A stretch of 64,000 nucleotides of DNA from a virus (Duplodnaviria; Caudoviricetes). The notes below the pieces were generated by a model, which saw nothing but the letters and a program-made list of their open reading frames with translations, was not told the DNA's origin and did not search any database. Both the position numbers and the translations under genes were made by a program. The DNA lies in the IMG/VR virus record IMGVR_UViG_3300033069_001193, positions 21,783 through 85,782 of that record; one strand, given 5' to 3'. Below, one piece after another: positions 1 to 8,499 of this stretch; the first letter of the stretch is position 1, and each line of letters starts with the position of its first letter.

Positions 1-38
1 GAGGATGGTCTGCTTGGTCATTGGCTGGGTCAACCCTA

Positions 39-332
39 TCATACCCCGAGGCCAGTGGTCATTGCATGGACCCGTTCCAAGATCCGCGTGGCCTTCCACG
101 TCGGCTCCGAGTCCTGAGCGCCGTAGTCAGCGTACTTGCGAGCGATAGGATCGAAGTGATCCCGTAGGGCGTCAGGAACCGTCGTGCCCTCTCCGACGGC
201 GCGGAGGGCCTTCTTCAACGCTCCCGTCAGGGCACGGGCAGCGCCCTCGCACTTCATGCTAGCCGTGTACAGCTCCCAGTCATCTCCCGTCTCGGGCAAC
301 TTCCCAACGTCAACAGTCACCTTGACCTTCAC
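39..332 (-). CDS. hypothetical protein
   Basis: ORF; GTG at 332 overlaps the upstream stop (GTGA coupling). Confidence 0.6.
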   Translation of the reverse strand: MKVKVTVDVGKLPETGDDWELYTASMKCEGAARALTGALKKALRAVGEGTTVPDALRDHFDPIARKYADYGAQDSEPTWKATRILERVHAMTTGLGV

Positions 333-529
333 AGCTTCAGCTCCTTTGCGGCCTCGTTGAGCGCTGCATTGAGATCTGTAGCACCACAATTGCAGGGCGC
401 CATGGTCTCCGAATCGTACTCGGTGACGCAGTGATCCGAATGGCGACGGCGGGCACCCTCCAACTTGATCTTGGCTCTCACCATCTTCTCGATCAACTGC
501 TCATACGTGTACTTGGGAATCGTCGACAT
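329..529 (-). CDS. hypothetical protein (small, H/C-containing)
   Basis: ATG at 529 preceded by AAGGAGA Shine-Dalgarno; MSTIPKYTYEQLIEK... Confidence 0.65.
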   Translation of the reverse strand: MSTIPKYTYEQLIEKMVRAKIKLEGARRRHSDHCVTEYDSETMAPCNCGATDLNAALNEAAKELKL

Positions 530-548
530 CGTCTCTCCTTCGTGTGAC

Positions 549-555
549 CTATTTA
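549..555 (+). promoter_or_regulatory. putative late promoter element CTATTTA
   Basis: Variant of the recurring ATANTTA element, 5 nt before the GTG at 561. Confidence 0.55.
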
Positions 556-560
556 AGGCC

Positions 561-851
561 GTGAGCGACACTCAATTGCTTCGTGAGTACGTCAGGTTGG
601 TGCTAGAGATGCCACACCTCGAGCTCGACCCCGCGGGTGACACCGTCGTCGATTTCCGGATTGAGCGAATGCCCATCCCGGAGGAGGCGAGGCGCGCCCT
701 AATGTTGGCCTTCCAACGAGGCGGCTTTGTGGGCGAGTGGCAAGGGCAAGACGTCGTCTTCTCACCAGACGGGGCGCGCCCAGCCGGGCCGGGCGATTCT
801 GGGCTTCTGCGGCTACCAGACGACTGGCAAGCGACTGCTGTCTTCGCCTGA
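561..851 (+). CDS. leader-bearing hypothetical protein (putative virion cargo)
   Basis: N-terminus (M)SDTQLLREYVRLVLE matches the shared leader; lone plus-strand gene between minus-strand genes; GTG start inferred. Confidence 0.65.
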   Translation: MSDTQLLREYVRLVLEMPHLELDPAGDTVVDFRIERMPIPEEARRALMLAFQRGGFVGEWQGQDVVFSPDGARPAGPGDSGLLRLPDDWQATAVFA

Positions 852-855
852 CACA

Positions 856-1377
856 TCAGGCCGCCTCCGCGTCCTCGAAGGCCACATAGGTTCCGTGCGA
901 CCCGAGGCCCTTCCGAACGTGTCCCAAGGACTCGCAGAAGACCAGATACTGTGCCGTCTTCTCCCGGATGGCCGTGACCTCACCGGTGATCGCTTCCTTG
1001 TCCCACAGCTGCCGCTTGAAGGCCACTCGTTGGCCCACGGAATATTGGGGGACCACCCCATGCTGTTGTACCCATGCCTCAACGACCTTTTCATGGATAC
1101 GGTGCCGCAGGTTGACGATCTCATCCAACACGCCGACCAGCGAACTGTCTGAATCCCACATGTGGCGATTGTCGAGCTCCTTGGCCACCTCGTAGCCGTC
1201 GTCGTGAAAGCGACAGGCGCTCGTCAGCTGTTCCAGAATGTCATGTTGCTCCTCGACGGTCGGATCCACACCTCCTCCCGACTTGAGCCACCGCAGTACT
1301 TTGGGCAGCAGGACTCGGGCAATTTCCAGGTCGATCTTTTCATCGTAGTGTGACGGGCGCTTTGCCTCTTCATTCAT
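856..1377 (-). CDS. hypothetical protein
   Basis: 173-aa ORF; start overlaps the dnaE-C stop (ATGA). Confidence 0.75.
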   Translation of the reverse strand: MNEEAKRPSHYDEKIDLEIARVLLPKVLRWLKSGGGVDPTVEEQHDILEQLTSACRFHDDGYEVAKELDNRHMWDSDSSLVGVLDEIVNLRHRIHEKVVEAWVQQHGVVPQYSVGQRVAFKRQLWDKEAITGEVTAIREKTAQYLVFCESLGHVRKGLGSHGTYVAFEDAEAA

Positions 1378-2777
1378 GCGATCACCTTCACCTTGAATTT
1401 GGCCGTCGACAGACCGTATTCGTCACGACGAACTTCCGCCACGCACAGCTTGAACGGTTCGGGCAGCTCCTTGCAACCCCACAGCGTCAAACGCAGGGGC
1501 TTGCCGATGGGACCGGTGACATAGGCCTGAACGTATTCCTTACCGTTCTTCGTCTTCTTCTTGACGCCAGCAGAAGGGGCAGCGCCCTTCTTACCAGCGG
1601 CCAGGACGGTAACGAACCAGACGATGTCAGTCTGGCCCGTCTCTAGGTCCTCGATCGCTCTGACGTCTTTCTCGTCCAACCTCTCGAAGATGAAGGGATC
1701 GAACATCATAGTGACATCGGCGGTGCCGAAGAGTTCAGCCTGGAACTCAACGAGTTGACGCTGGGTCCACTCGGCACCATAAGGCTCGGCCAGTCCTCGG
1801 GCCAGAGCATAGAAGTTCTTGAGGCCCTCGTGTGGATCTTTCCTGGTGGAGCGCTTGATGAGCGCATTGTGGTCCCTGACACGAACCTTGGTCTCCTCAG
1901 ATCCCTTGCGGACAGGTACCGTCTCCTCGTAGCTGCCCAACAGGGTCTCGTACATGTGTCGGTACGACTTAAAGACCTTGTCGGGGCCGATGCAGTTCAG
2001 GCTGTCGAAGGCACGCACCTTGATGAGGGCCTCCAGGGCCTTGCGGTTGAACTTCGACGGGCGCCAGGTGCCGTCCTCATTGTAGAGGAGCTCCTCAATC
2101 GTCTTCGGTGGGCGAGCAGAGCGCCGCATCTCTTCGAGTTCTTCGATCGCTGAATCACCGACGCCCTTGATCGACGTGATGCTAGGCATCAGCTTCTTGC
2201 CAGGAAGGACGCGCCAGCTGACAGTCGCATAGCTCACGTCGACGGGCACGATCTGATAGCCCAATGCACGTGCCTCGCCGAAGGCCTTAGCTCGTTGATC
2301 AGGACTGTGCGACATCGACTCCAGATATGCCGACAGCCACTGTTCTTCGTAGTACGTCAGTAGCCAGGCGCACCAGTAGGAGTCGATGGCGTAAGCTACC
2401 GCGTGCGACTTGTTGAAGCCGTAACCAGCGAAGAAAAGGATCTTGTCGTACAGGTTGTTGGCGACGCTCTCTGCGTAACCGTTAGCGATGCAGCCTTTGA
2501 CGAACCCGTCTCGGGTTTCCTGGGCGGCCTTCTTGGCCGCCTCGCCGCCCGAGATGCTGCGCTTCATGATGGCCCGACGCACCTCGTCGCACTTCTCCTT
2601 CGGGAAGCCGGCGACCTTCTCGGCCAGTTCCATCACCTGCTCCTGAAAAATTATACAGTTGTGCACGAGAAGGCCATTTGCGAAGAAGTTATGGTTCTTC
2701 TTGACCTGGATGTCGTACACGGGCTGCACCGGAGCGCGCTTGATTGCGCGAATCTTGACAGGAACTACGTCAGGCAT
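1374..2777 (-). CDS. dnaE: DNA polymerase III alpha, C-terminal part, fused to the C-half of a split intein
   Basis: ATG at 2777 with GAGGTGG SD; 40-aa IntC ending VHN then CIIFQEQVM; intact FAGYGFNKSHAVAY motif, HhH region and OB-like C-terminus. Confidence 0.92.
   Translation of the reverse strand: MPDVVPVKIRAIKRAPVQPVYDIQVKKNHNFFANGLLVHNCIIFQEQVMELAEKVAGFPKEKCDEVRRAIMKRSISGGEAAKKAAQETRDGFVKGCIANGYAESVANNLYDKILFFAGYGFNKSHAVAYAIDSYWCAWLLTYYEEQWLSAYLESMSHSPDQRAKAFGEARALGYQIVPVDVSYATVSWRVLPGKKLMPSITSIKGVGDSAIEELEEMRRSARPPKTIEELLYNEDGTWRPSKFNRKALEALIKVRAFDSLNCIGPDKVFKSYRHMYETLLGSYEETVPVRKGSEETKVRVRDHNALIKRSTRKDPHEGLKNFYALARGLAEPYGAEWTQRQLVEFQAELFGTADVTMMFDPFIFERLDEKDVRAIEDLETGQTDIVWFVTVLAAGKKGAAPSAGVKKKTKNGKEYVQAYVTGPIGKPLRLTLWGCKELPEPFKLCVAEVRRDEYGLSTAKFKVKVIA
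2658..2777 (-). mobile_element. split intein C-terminal half (IntC, 40 aa)
   Basis: MPDVVPVKIRAIKRAPVQPVYDIQVKKNHNFFANGLLVHN: block F (VYDIQV), block G (HNFFANG...VHN), Cys at +1; basic overall. Confidence 0.92.
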
Positions 2778-3249
2778 CGTCCACCTCGACAATATCGAAC
2801 TCATCGAAGCAACACACTTCTTGATCGAGCATGCCGTCTTTCAAGCCCTCAAAAAGACCCGAGCCCGTGTTACGATTGTAGAACATCGCATCATTGTCAC
2901 GATAGTCATCGATGAGCTTCACTTCGGTCCCCTCATCGAACCACTCTCCGGGACGAGAGACGTATTTGACCCGTTTAGCTGGTTGTAGAGCCGTAGATGA
3001 AAAGAAGCCTTCCACACCATCACGCATCATCTTGACGTGAACAATTCTCTCGTTAAGATGGTCTGTTTGCAGACGTTCACCCTCGTCAACTACCCTGATC
3101 ACGTTGGAACATGCAGTTGTCTTCTCTACCCACAGTGGGTCAAGAGGTGACGGATGATGTGGACACGCATGCCAGTCGTGTTGACGTTCACGCTCGAGCA
3201 GGCAAAACACACCCGTCAGGTGCGTGTAGCAAACAACGTAATCCTTCAT
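2770..3249 (-). CDS. hypothetical protein lying between the dnaE halves
   Basis: 159-aa ORF whose stop overlaps the IntC start region (ATGCCTGA); possibly two fused small units. Confidence 0.6.
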   Translation of the reverse strand: MKDYVVCYTHLTGVFCLLERERQHDWHACPHHPSPLDPLWVEKTTACSNVIRVVDEGERLQTDHLNERIVHVKMMRDGVEGFFSSTALQPAKRVKYVSRPGEWFDEGTEVKLIDDYRDNDAMFYNRNTGSGLFEGLKDGMLDQEVCCFDEFDIVEVDDA

Positions 3250-3665
3250 TATTCACACTCCTGTTCACGGTAGGCGAAACACGCAGCACAGATATCGCGG
3301 CCAGGCGTTGACGTCCAAAATTTCTCGTGACAATCAACGCACGTTTGTGTTGGACTGCTGAGACCAGTGTGTGACGACATAGAGCGAGACAATACATCAG
3401 CATCCAACACGACCCGACACGGGTTGATCTTCGTGGCCAACGACGACGCGCATAGTTGGCAAACTGGTCCGTGAACAGACAACACACGTTGTCCATGATA
3501 CTCGACTTCCATGTCATTGCCTACTTCCTCATAAGCCCTGAACGTGTCGAACCAATCGGCGTACGTGAGGTCATCACGCTTTCCCACTTCAACATGTGAC
3601 TTCATTGTGTTGATGAAGTTTTGAAATGACGTAAGCAATTCCTTCTCAAAGTCCTCGATCTTCAT
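3249..3665 (-). CDS. hypothetical protein with CxxC pairs, between the dnaE halves
   Basis: 138-aa ORF abutting its neighbours; CQLC, CVDC and CAAC motifs. Confidence 0.55.
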   Translation of the reverse strand: MKIEDFEKELLTSFQNFINTMKSHVEVGKRDDLTYADWFDTFRAYEEVGNDMEVEYHGQRVLSVHGPVCQLCASSLATKINPCRVVLDADVLSRSMSSHTGLSSPTQTCVDCHEKFWTSTPGRDICAACFAYREQECE

Positions 3666-3667
3666 GC

Positions 3668-4408
3668 CTAAATTGTCCTCAATTTGTGTGGATAGTTCAC
3701 GGCCTCAGATTCCCAAACACGCCTCACCATGTAACCACGTGCCTCTGCAGCACGAGTGAATGATTCGTCGAGTCGATACTGTCGCTTCATCTTGGACGTC
3801 AATTCGTGTTTAGCACGGTTGCCGTGCCAATAGTCACCGTCAAATTCGACGAGCAAATTCTCAATCGGAACGTAGAAATCAAACTCATGATTGATGCCAT
3901 CGATGCGATGCTTGTGAACGACGTTATCACCATGCACCTCAATCATCTTTGTTTTGAACGCCAATTCCGCTTTCGAATTTCGCTTACGAGGAGGTTGATT
4001 ACGTAGACCAGCGCTGATCTTCAGCGAGTGCTCTTCAAAGAAGCCAGGCTCATGTGACTTCATGTGCCACGTCAATCCACGCTGACGCTTGCAAACTTTG
4101 CCACAGATCGTACACGCAATAGATTTCTGTTCTTCAGTCGCTGAACAGTACGATCGATGCGATCGCAGCGATGTGTTTGACGTGAAAACCTTGCCACACG
4201 CATCGCACAGAAATTCCCCTTCTTTCCTGACGTTCTCACGGAGTTTGGTAACGTTGAGCTTAGCGATGTGCTCGTCTGTGAACTTTCGACCTTTGTACGT
4301 TTGTCGACGCCATTCTGACAAACACTTGACGCTACATGCAACCGAACGTTCATTTCTTGTCGAATACGTCTTTCTGCACGTCTGACATTTCCTCTCTAGT
4401 TTGCTCAT
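3668..4408 (-). CDS. free-standing Vsr-like (EDxHD-type) homing endonuclease with C2H2 zinc fingers
   Basis: C-terminal HEFDFYVP..LLVEFDGDYWH...VRRVWESE (Vsr/DUF559-like); N-terminal CxxC...CxxxC and two C2H2-like fingers; ATG at 4408; lower GC than flanks. Confidence 0.82.
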   Translation of the reverse strand: MSKLERKCQTCRKTYSTRNERSVACSVKCLSEWRRQTYKGRKFTDEHIAKLNVTKLRENVRKEGEFLCDACGKVFTSNTSLRSHRSYCSATEEQKSIACTICGKVCKRQRGLTWHMKSHEPGFFEEHSLKISAGLRNQPPRKRNSKAELAFKTKMIEVHGDNVVHKHRIDGINHEFDFYVPIENLLVEFDGDYWHGNRAKHELTSKMKRQYRLDESFTRAAEARGYMVRRVWESEAVNYPHKLRTI

Positions 4409-4730
4409 CTTCCAGCGCTGCTCCTGAAAGATAAGTATAGTCCTTGATCGAGAGGATTTCGTCATCAAGCGTAAGCTGCCCGGCCTTGATCCATCCACGT
4501 TGCGTCATGACGAGATGGTCTGCCGTGAGTTTGATGACTCCTACATCAGTGTCAAGCTCAATCACTTCTTTCACACCATTGCAAACCGCCGCAACGATTT
4601 CATCCTGCTCGAGCTCGCCAGTCTCCTCGTTGTACGAAGGAAGCGTGACACCGACCATTTGTTGATCAACGATTTCCTTGATCGTGAATTCACCGTAGTC
4701 AGTCATCACTTTCGCATCCCCCGTCAAACA
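4350..4730 (-). mobile_element. split intein N-terminal half (IntN, ~126 aa)
   Basis: CLTGDAKV (block A) ... TADHLVMTQRGWIKAGQL (block B), then an acidic tail and a stop, with no terminal His-Asn. Confidence 0.92.
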
Positions 4731-7250
4731 GGAGAACGTCTTCTTCAGGATTTCATTGATGCGCTTGTCGCCCCATTCGATCTCCTTGCCTTCGTTCTTC
4801 GCCTCGAGGTACAGCTTGTCGACCTTGGCGGCAAGAGGACCTGGACGGTAGATCGACGTCAGGGTCGCGATGTCGATGACGCTCTTGGGTTGAGCCCTCA
4901 CGAAGAGACGCTGTGCGCCGGTTCCGGTGCACTGGAAGATACCAGCCCAGCGGCCCCGAGCGTAGACCTCATAGGGCTTGGGATCATCGAAGTTGATGAC
5001 GTTAGGCGCCAGGTGCGTTTCGTACCAGGCCTTGATCTGGTCGAAGGTGGGCGTCGGATTGCCTTCCTTCATCAGGATGAGCTCGATGGTTCGCTCGATG
5101 AGCCGCATCGTCTCCAGGCCCAGGAGATCGTACTTGATGAACTCGCCCACCTTCTCCAGGTGCTTGTAGTTCACGCCCTCGACCCAGGGTGACTGCGGTT
5201 CACGAACGTCGCCCTTCCCCTTTGACGTGACCAGGGGCATCTTGCTGGGCAGGTCGTCGGCGATCAACACGCCACCGGCGTGGCGACCCAGCGACCTGTT
5301 CTGCTTGAAGAGCACCTTGATGGACTCGGCGACGACCGGATTCCGGTCGATGAAGTCGCGAAACGACGGGCTGACGGGTTGCGTGCACTCGTCGGTGCAA
5401 CCCGAGCAAATGGGACGAGCGTTGGGCTCGTGGCGCTTGGCGCAGACAAAGGCCATCGCGTCGTCGTAGGTGAGGACGAACAGGTTCTTGTCGTCGCCTT
5501 CCTTAGTCGTGGCCTTGCGTACCTCGTCCTCGACGGTGCGAGTGGCCGCGTTGGTCTCCTCGAAAGAAACACCGTAGAACTTCCCGATGTCTTTCACGAG
5601 GGTTTTCAATTTGAACGTATTGTAGTTCGAGATGGGGACAACGTTCTCCCAACCGAAGAAGTCACGCAGCTGGGCCAGAACCTTGTCACGATCGGCCAGA
5701 TCGGTGTCGATGTCTGGCGCGCCCTTCCTATAGACGCTGAGGAAGCGGGCAAAAGGCAGATCCCAGAACAACGGGTCGAGGTCGGTGATGTAGAGGACGT
5801 AAGCGACCAGCGAACCGCCGCCCGAACCGCGCGCAGGGCCCACCAGGCACACTTTTCGCGCGAGCTCCATGATTTTCTGGTAGCTGATGAAGTACACCGC
5901 GTTCTTCATCGCCTTGATGACGCCCAGTTCCTCCTTCAGGCGGGCAACGTACTCTGGCTTGTCCTGAAGCCCGCGCTTAGTCAAGCCGACCTTGCACAGG
6001 TCAACCAGGTGGTTAAAGGGTGTGGTCCCCTCGGGCACCAGAAGCTTGGTCGGAAACTTGGGTGACCGGTCAGGAGGAACCTCCCCAATGACCTGGTGTG
6101 CGATGTCGTGGGTCCGCTCGATGGCCTCGCACACTAGCTCGTCATCGTAGAACGACGTCCCCACCTTTGACTTCAGGTACTCATCCCACACCTGAGCGGC
6201 ATTCTTCGGGTACAGCTCACACTTCAGGTCGTCCTTCGACTTAGGCAGCGACTCCGGATCGTAGGCCGCGTAGTTCATGAAGCCGAGCTTCTTGTAGAGC
6301 TCGCGGTCCTTCCAGCGATCGGGATGGTAGTAGTGAGCATCACAGGTGACGACTAGCTGCTTGGTCGTCCCAGCCCGACGGGCGAACTCGATGATGGCTC
6401 GGTTGACCAAGTTCTGGGCGGGCAGCCGATTGAACTGCAACTCCAGGTAGTAGTTGCCCACACCGACCGCACTGGTCATCTGGTCGTAGACGTTGCCGAT
6501 GCCCGCAATGCACTTCTCGAGCAGCAGCGGGTCGTCGAGCAACTTCTCCGAGAAGTCATCGAACTTGATCTTCTGGAGCTCTTGGAAGACGGCATAGGCG
6601 GGCATCCCGCCGATGCAGGCGGAGGAGACGACGATGTTGCCTTCTTTACCTGCCTCACGCAGCACCTTCCAGTCGATGCGGGGGAAACCGTAGAAGCCCT
6701 TGAGGTACGCCTTGGAGCAGGCAGCGAAGATGCTGAGCAGGCCTTTTTGGTTCTTGGGCAGGACGACCAGATGGTGCCGACGCTTGATGGGATTGAAGTG
6801 TTTGGTCGACTTGGTCTCGTCCTCATTTTCGATGGTGAGGGCGTTGGTCATCTCGATGTCTTCGGTCTCGTCATTGCCGTCGACGATGGCAATGACCTTC
6901 GTTGCGAGCTTCTCCTGCTCCTTGGCCAGCTTCTCAGCCGCCTTCTTGTCAGCCTTCGCCTGCTCGGCCGCCTCGACGTGGCGTTGCCACTCTTCGAGGT
7001 CAGGGTGGTAGTAGGCCTCCACCCCCGGGATGTACTTGAAGTGCTTGTCCTTGTTGGCCTTCGCCCAGTCCTCGACCCACAACTGCGCGTGGGCATAACT
7101 CGACATGTTCCCATGCTCAGTGATGGCATGGGCGTCGAGTCCATTTTCCATGCAAAACTTAAAGTGATCATCAGGATACCCGAGTCCATCAAAACTCGAG
7201 AACATCGTGTGATTGTGAAGGCCAACAAACCGGTTCGGAGCTCGACTCAT
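4350..7250 (-). CDS. dnaE: DNA polymerase III alpha, N-terminal part (PHP + palm), fused to IntN
   Basis: LHNHTMFS, AITEHG and VVTCDAHY PHP motifs; GPARGSGGGSLVAY; PDIDTD; GRHAGGV; KYDLLGL; ends in IntN. Confidence 0.95.
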   Translation of the reverse strand: MSRAPNRFVGLHNHTMFSSFDGLGYPDDHFKFCMENGLDAHAITEHGNMSSYAHAQLWVEDWAKANKDKHFKYIPGVEAYYHPDLEEWQRHVEAAEQAKADKKAAEKLAKEQEKLATKVIAIVDGNDETEDIEMTNALTIENEDETKSTKHFNPIKRRHHLVVLPKNQKGLLSIFAACSKAYLKGFYGFPRIDWKVLREAGKEGNIVVSSACIGGMPAYAVFQELQKIKFDDFSEKLLDDPLLLEKCIAGIGNVYDQMTSAVGVGNYYLELQFNRLPAQNLVNRAIIEFARRAGTTKQLVVTCDAHYYHPDRWKDRELYKKLGFMNYAAYDPESLPKSKDDLKCELYPKNAAQVWDEYLKSKVGTSFYDDELVCEAIERTHDIAHQVIGEVPPDRSPKFPTKLLVPEGTTPFNHLVDLCKVGLTKRGLQDKPEYVARLKEELGVIKAMKNAVYFISYQKIMELARKVCLVGPARGSGGGSLVAYVLYITDLDPLFWDLPFARFLSVYRKGAPDIDTDLADRDKVLAQLRDFFGWENVVPISNYNTFKLKTLVKDIGKFYGVSFEETNAATRTVEDEVRKATTKEGDDKNLFVLTYDDAMAFVCAKRHEPNARPICSGCTDECTQPVSPSFRDFIDRNPVVAESIKVLFKQNRSLGRHAGGVLIADDLPSKMPLVTSKGKGDVREPQSPWVEGVNYKHLEKVGEFIKYDLLGLETMRLIERTIELILMKEGNPTPTFDQIKAWYETHLAPNVINFDDPKPYEVYARGRWAGIFQCTGTGAQRLFVRAQPKSVIDIATLTSIYRPGPLAAKVDKLYLEAKNEGKEIEWGDKRINEILKKTFSCLTGDAKVMTDYGEFTIKEIVDQQMVGVTLPSYNEETGELEQDEIVAAVCNGVKEVIELDTDVGVIKLTADHLVMTQRGWIKAGQLTLDDEILSIKDYTYLSGAALEDEQTREEMSDVQKDVFDKK
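4432..4438 (-). promoter_or_regulatory. putative late promoter ATACTTA for the endonuclease
   Basis: Exact element embedded in the IntN coding tail, 23 nt before the ATG at 4408. Confidence 0.55.
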
Positions 7251-7861
7251 TCTTGTTTCAAGATACCATAGTTTTTGGTCTTACTACACTGCAGGTACTT
7301 TTGAGCGTTCACCACAAATTTAGAATCCTCCACGACAGCAAGCTTCAGATTGCACGGTCTACAAAGCAGTCCACGGATCTGACCAGACGCATGATCATGA
7401 TCAACTGCAATGTTGTCTTCTGTCAGAAGATTTTCGCACAGGGGACAACGATCCGATTGCTCACTTGAAATCGTGTCATATTCCTTCTTACCAATTCCGT
7501 AACGCTGGATGCGTCTACAAAACACCGGCGACGGCGCGCACGAGTGACAGTAGATCTGATTCCCAGATTGCGGGGTGTATTCATCGCCACATTGTTTACA
7601 CGACTTGACAGGATGCGTCCGATTCCTGATCGCTGAAAGGTGCTTCTCAGACTGCGCATTTCGCGATCGCTTAAGCTCAAAGCGATGGATTGCGTAGTGG
7701 ACTTGGCCAAGAGTCAAGTCTAGACCGCGAGCAAGAAGCAATTCACGGATTTCAGCAGCAGATCGACATTCATTGAGGTACCAGACCGTGATATTGGTAC
7801 GAAATGCGTCAAGCTGTTCTTGTTGCTTCGCCCTGGCAGTGTTACGGTTTTTGGCGCCCAC
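7247..7861 (-). CDS. endonuclease VII-type HNH homing endonuclease
   Basis: CPLC...AVDHDHASGQIRGLLCRPCN EndoVII signature; stop overlaps the dnaE start (ATGA); lower GC. Confidence 0.85.
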   Translation of the reverse strand: MGAKNRNTARAKQQEQLDAFRTNITVWYLNECRSAAEIRELLLARGLDLTLGQVHYAIHRFELKRSRNAQSEKHLSAIRNRTHPVKSCKQCGDEYTPQSGNQIYCHSCAPSPVFCRRIQRYGIGKKEYDTISSEQSDRCPLCENLLTEDNIAVDHDHASGQIRGLLCRPCNLKLAVVEDSKFVVNAQKYLQCSKTKNYGILKQE

Positions 7862-8116
7862 AAGGTGACATTGTACTACCCGAAGTGGGAAAACTGCACC
7901 ATCAGTCCATTCCCGTAGATCTCTTGACGGCGTTCAAGAGGTCATAGTGCTCGCTGACAAATCAACCCTTCGTCATTACAATAACGACGTCACCTAAGGA
8001 CAACAATGACGTGGTCCGACGTGGGCCTATTCAAGTTGAGCGGCTACAACTCGTGTAGGAGAGCTAACGTCTCATCGCTTGACTTGTCGAACGGTTTACG
8101 CAGCAGCGTTCGTGGA

Positions 8117-8434
8117 TCACAAGTCATCGACGTCAGTCGGTGACGCTCCCTCATTCTTTTGTCCATCTTTCTTCTCTGCTTCAGCCACGCCCGGGAGGAC
8201 AAGCGCCAATGACGTTACGAAGGCTGTGAACAGCCCAGCACCAGTCGTGACGCTAGTAAAGTACTGTGCAACAAGAGGCAAGTCAAGGACAAGTACGGGA
8301 AGAGAGATCGAGAGCCACCTTGGCATCTTGGCCCAGAACGGCCTGAATGCGACAATAAGCTTCGTAGCAGCGAGCGCGCTCGCTGAGACGTATGATGCGA
8401 TGTCAACGGGGGTTAGATTCTCAGGAGCGTTCAT
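8117..8434 (-). CDS. small membrane protein, holin-like
   Basis: Two to three hydrophobic segments, charged C-terminus, late-type element upstream; holin function is inferred only. Confidence 0.5.
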   Translation of the reverse strand: MNAPENLTPVDIASYVSASALAATKLIVAFRPFWAKMPRWLSISLPVLVLDLPLVAQYFTSVTTGAGLFTAFVTSLALVLPGVAEAEKKDGQKNEGASPTDVDDL

Positions 8435-8439
8435 GCTCC

Positions 8440-8446
8440 TAAATAT
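8440..8446 (-). promoter_or_regulatory. putative late promoter ATATTTA
   Basis: 5 nt upstream of the ATG at 8434. Confidence 0.55.
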
Positions 8447-8499
8447 CTAACCAACCTTGCCTTCACACTGCACGCTTCTCACAATCTCTTTGACATTTT

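Noticed and set aside
2380-2430. Cyanobacterial-type DnaE split site
   Set aside because: The GYGFNKSH motif is uninterrupted; the split is at TFS|CIIFQEQ.
2778-4349. Group I/II intron or assembly break as the explanation for the dnaE interruption
   Set aside because: Both fragments carry complementary intein halves with proper stop, start and SD; no intron core motifs were seen.
4500-7271. Long plus-strand ORFs (4500-5192, 5280-6065, 6582-7271) opposite dnaE
   Set aside because: Antisense shadows of a GC-rich gene with biased third positions; no motifs or ribosome-binding sites.
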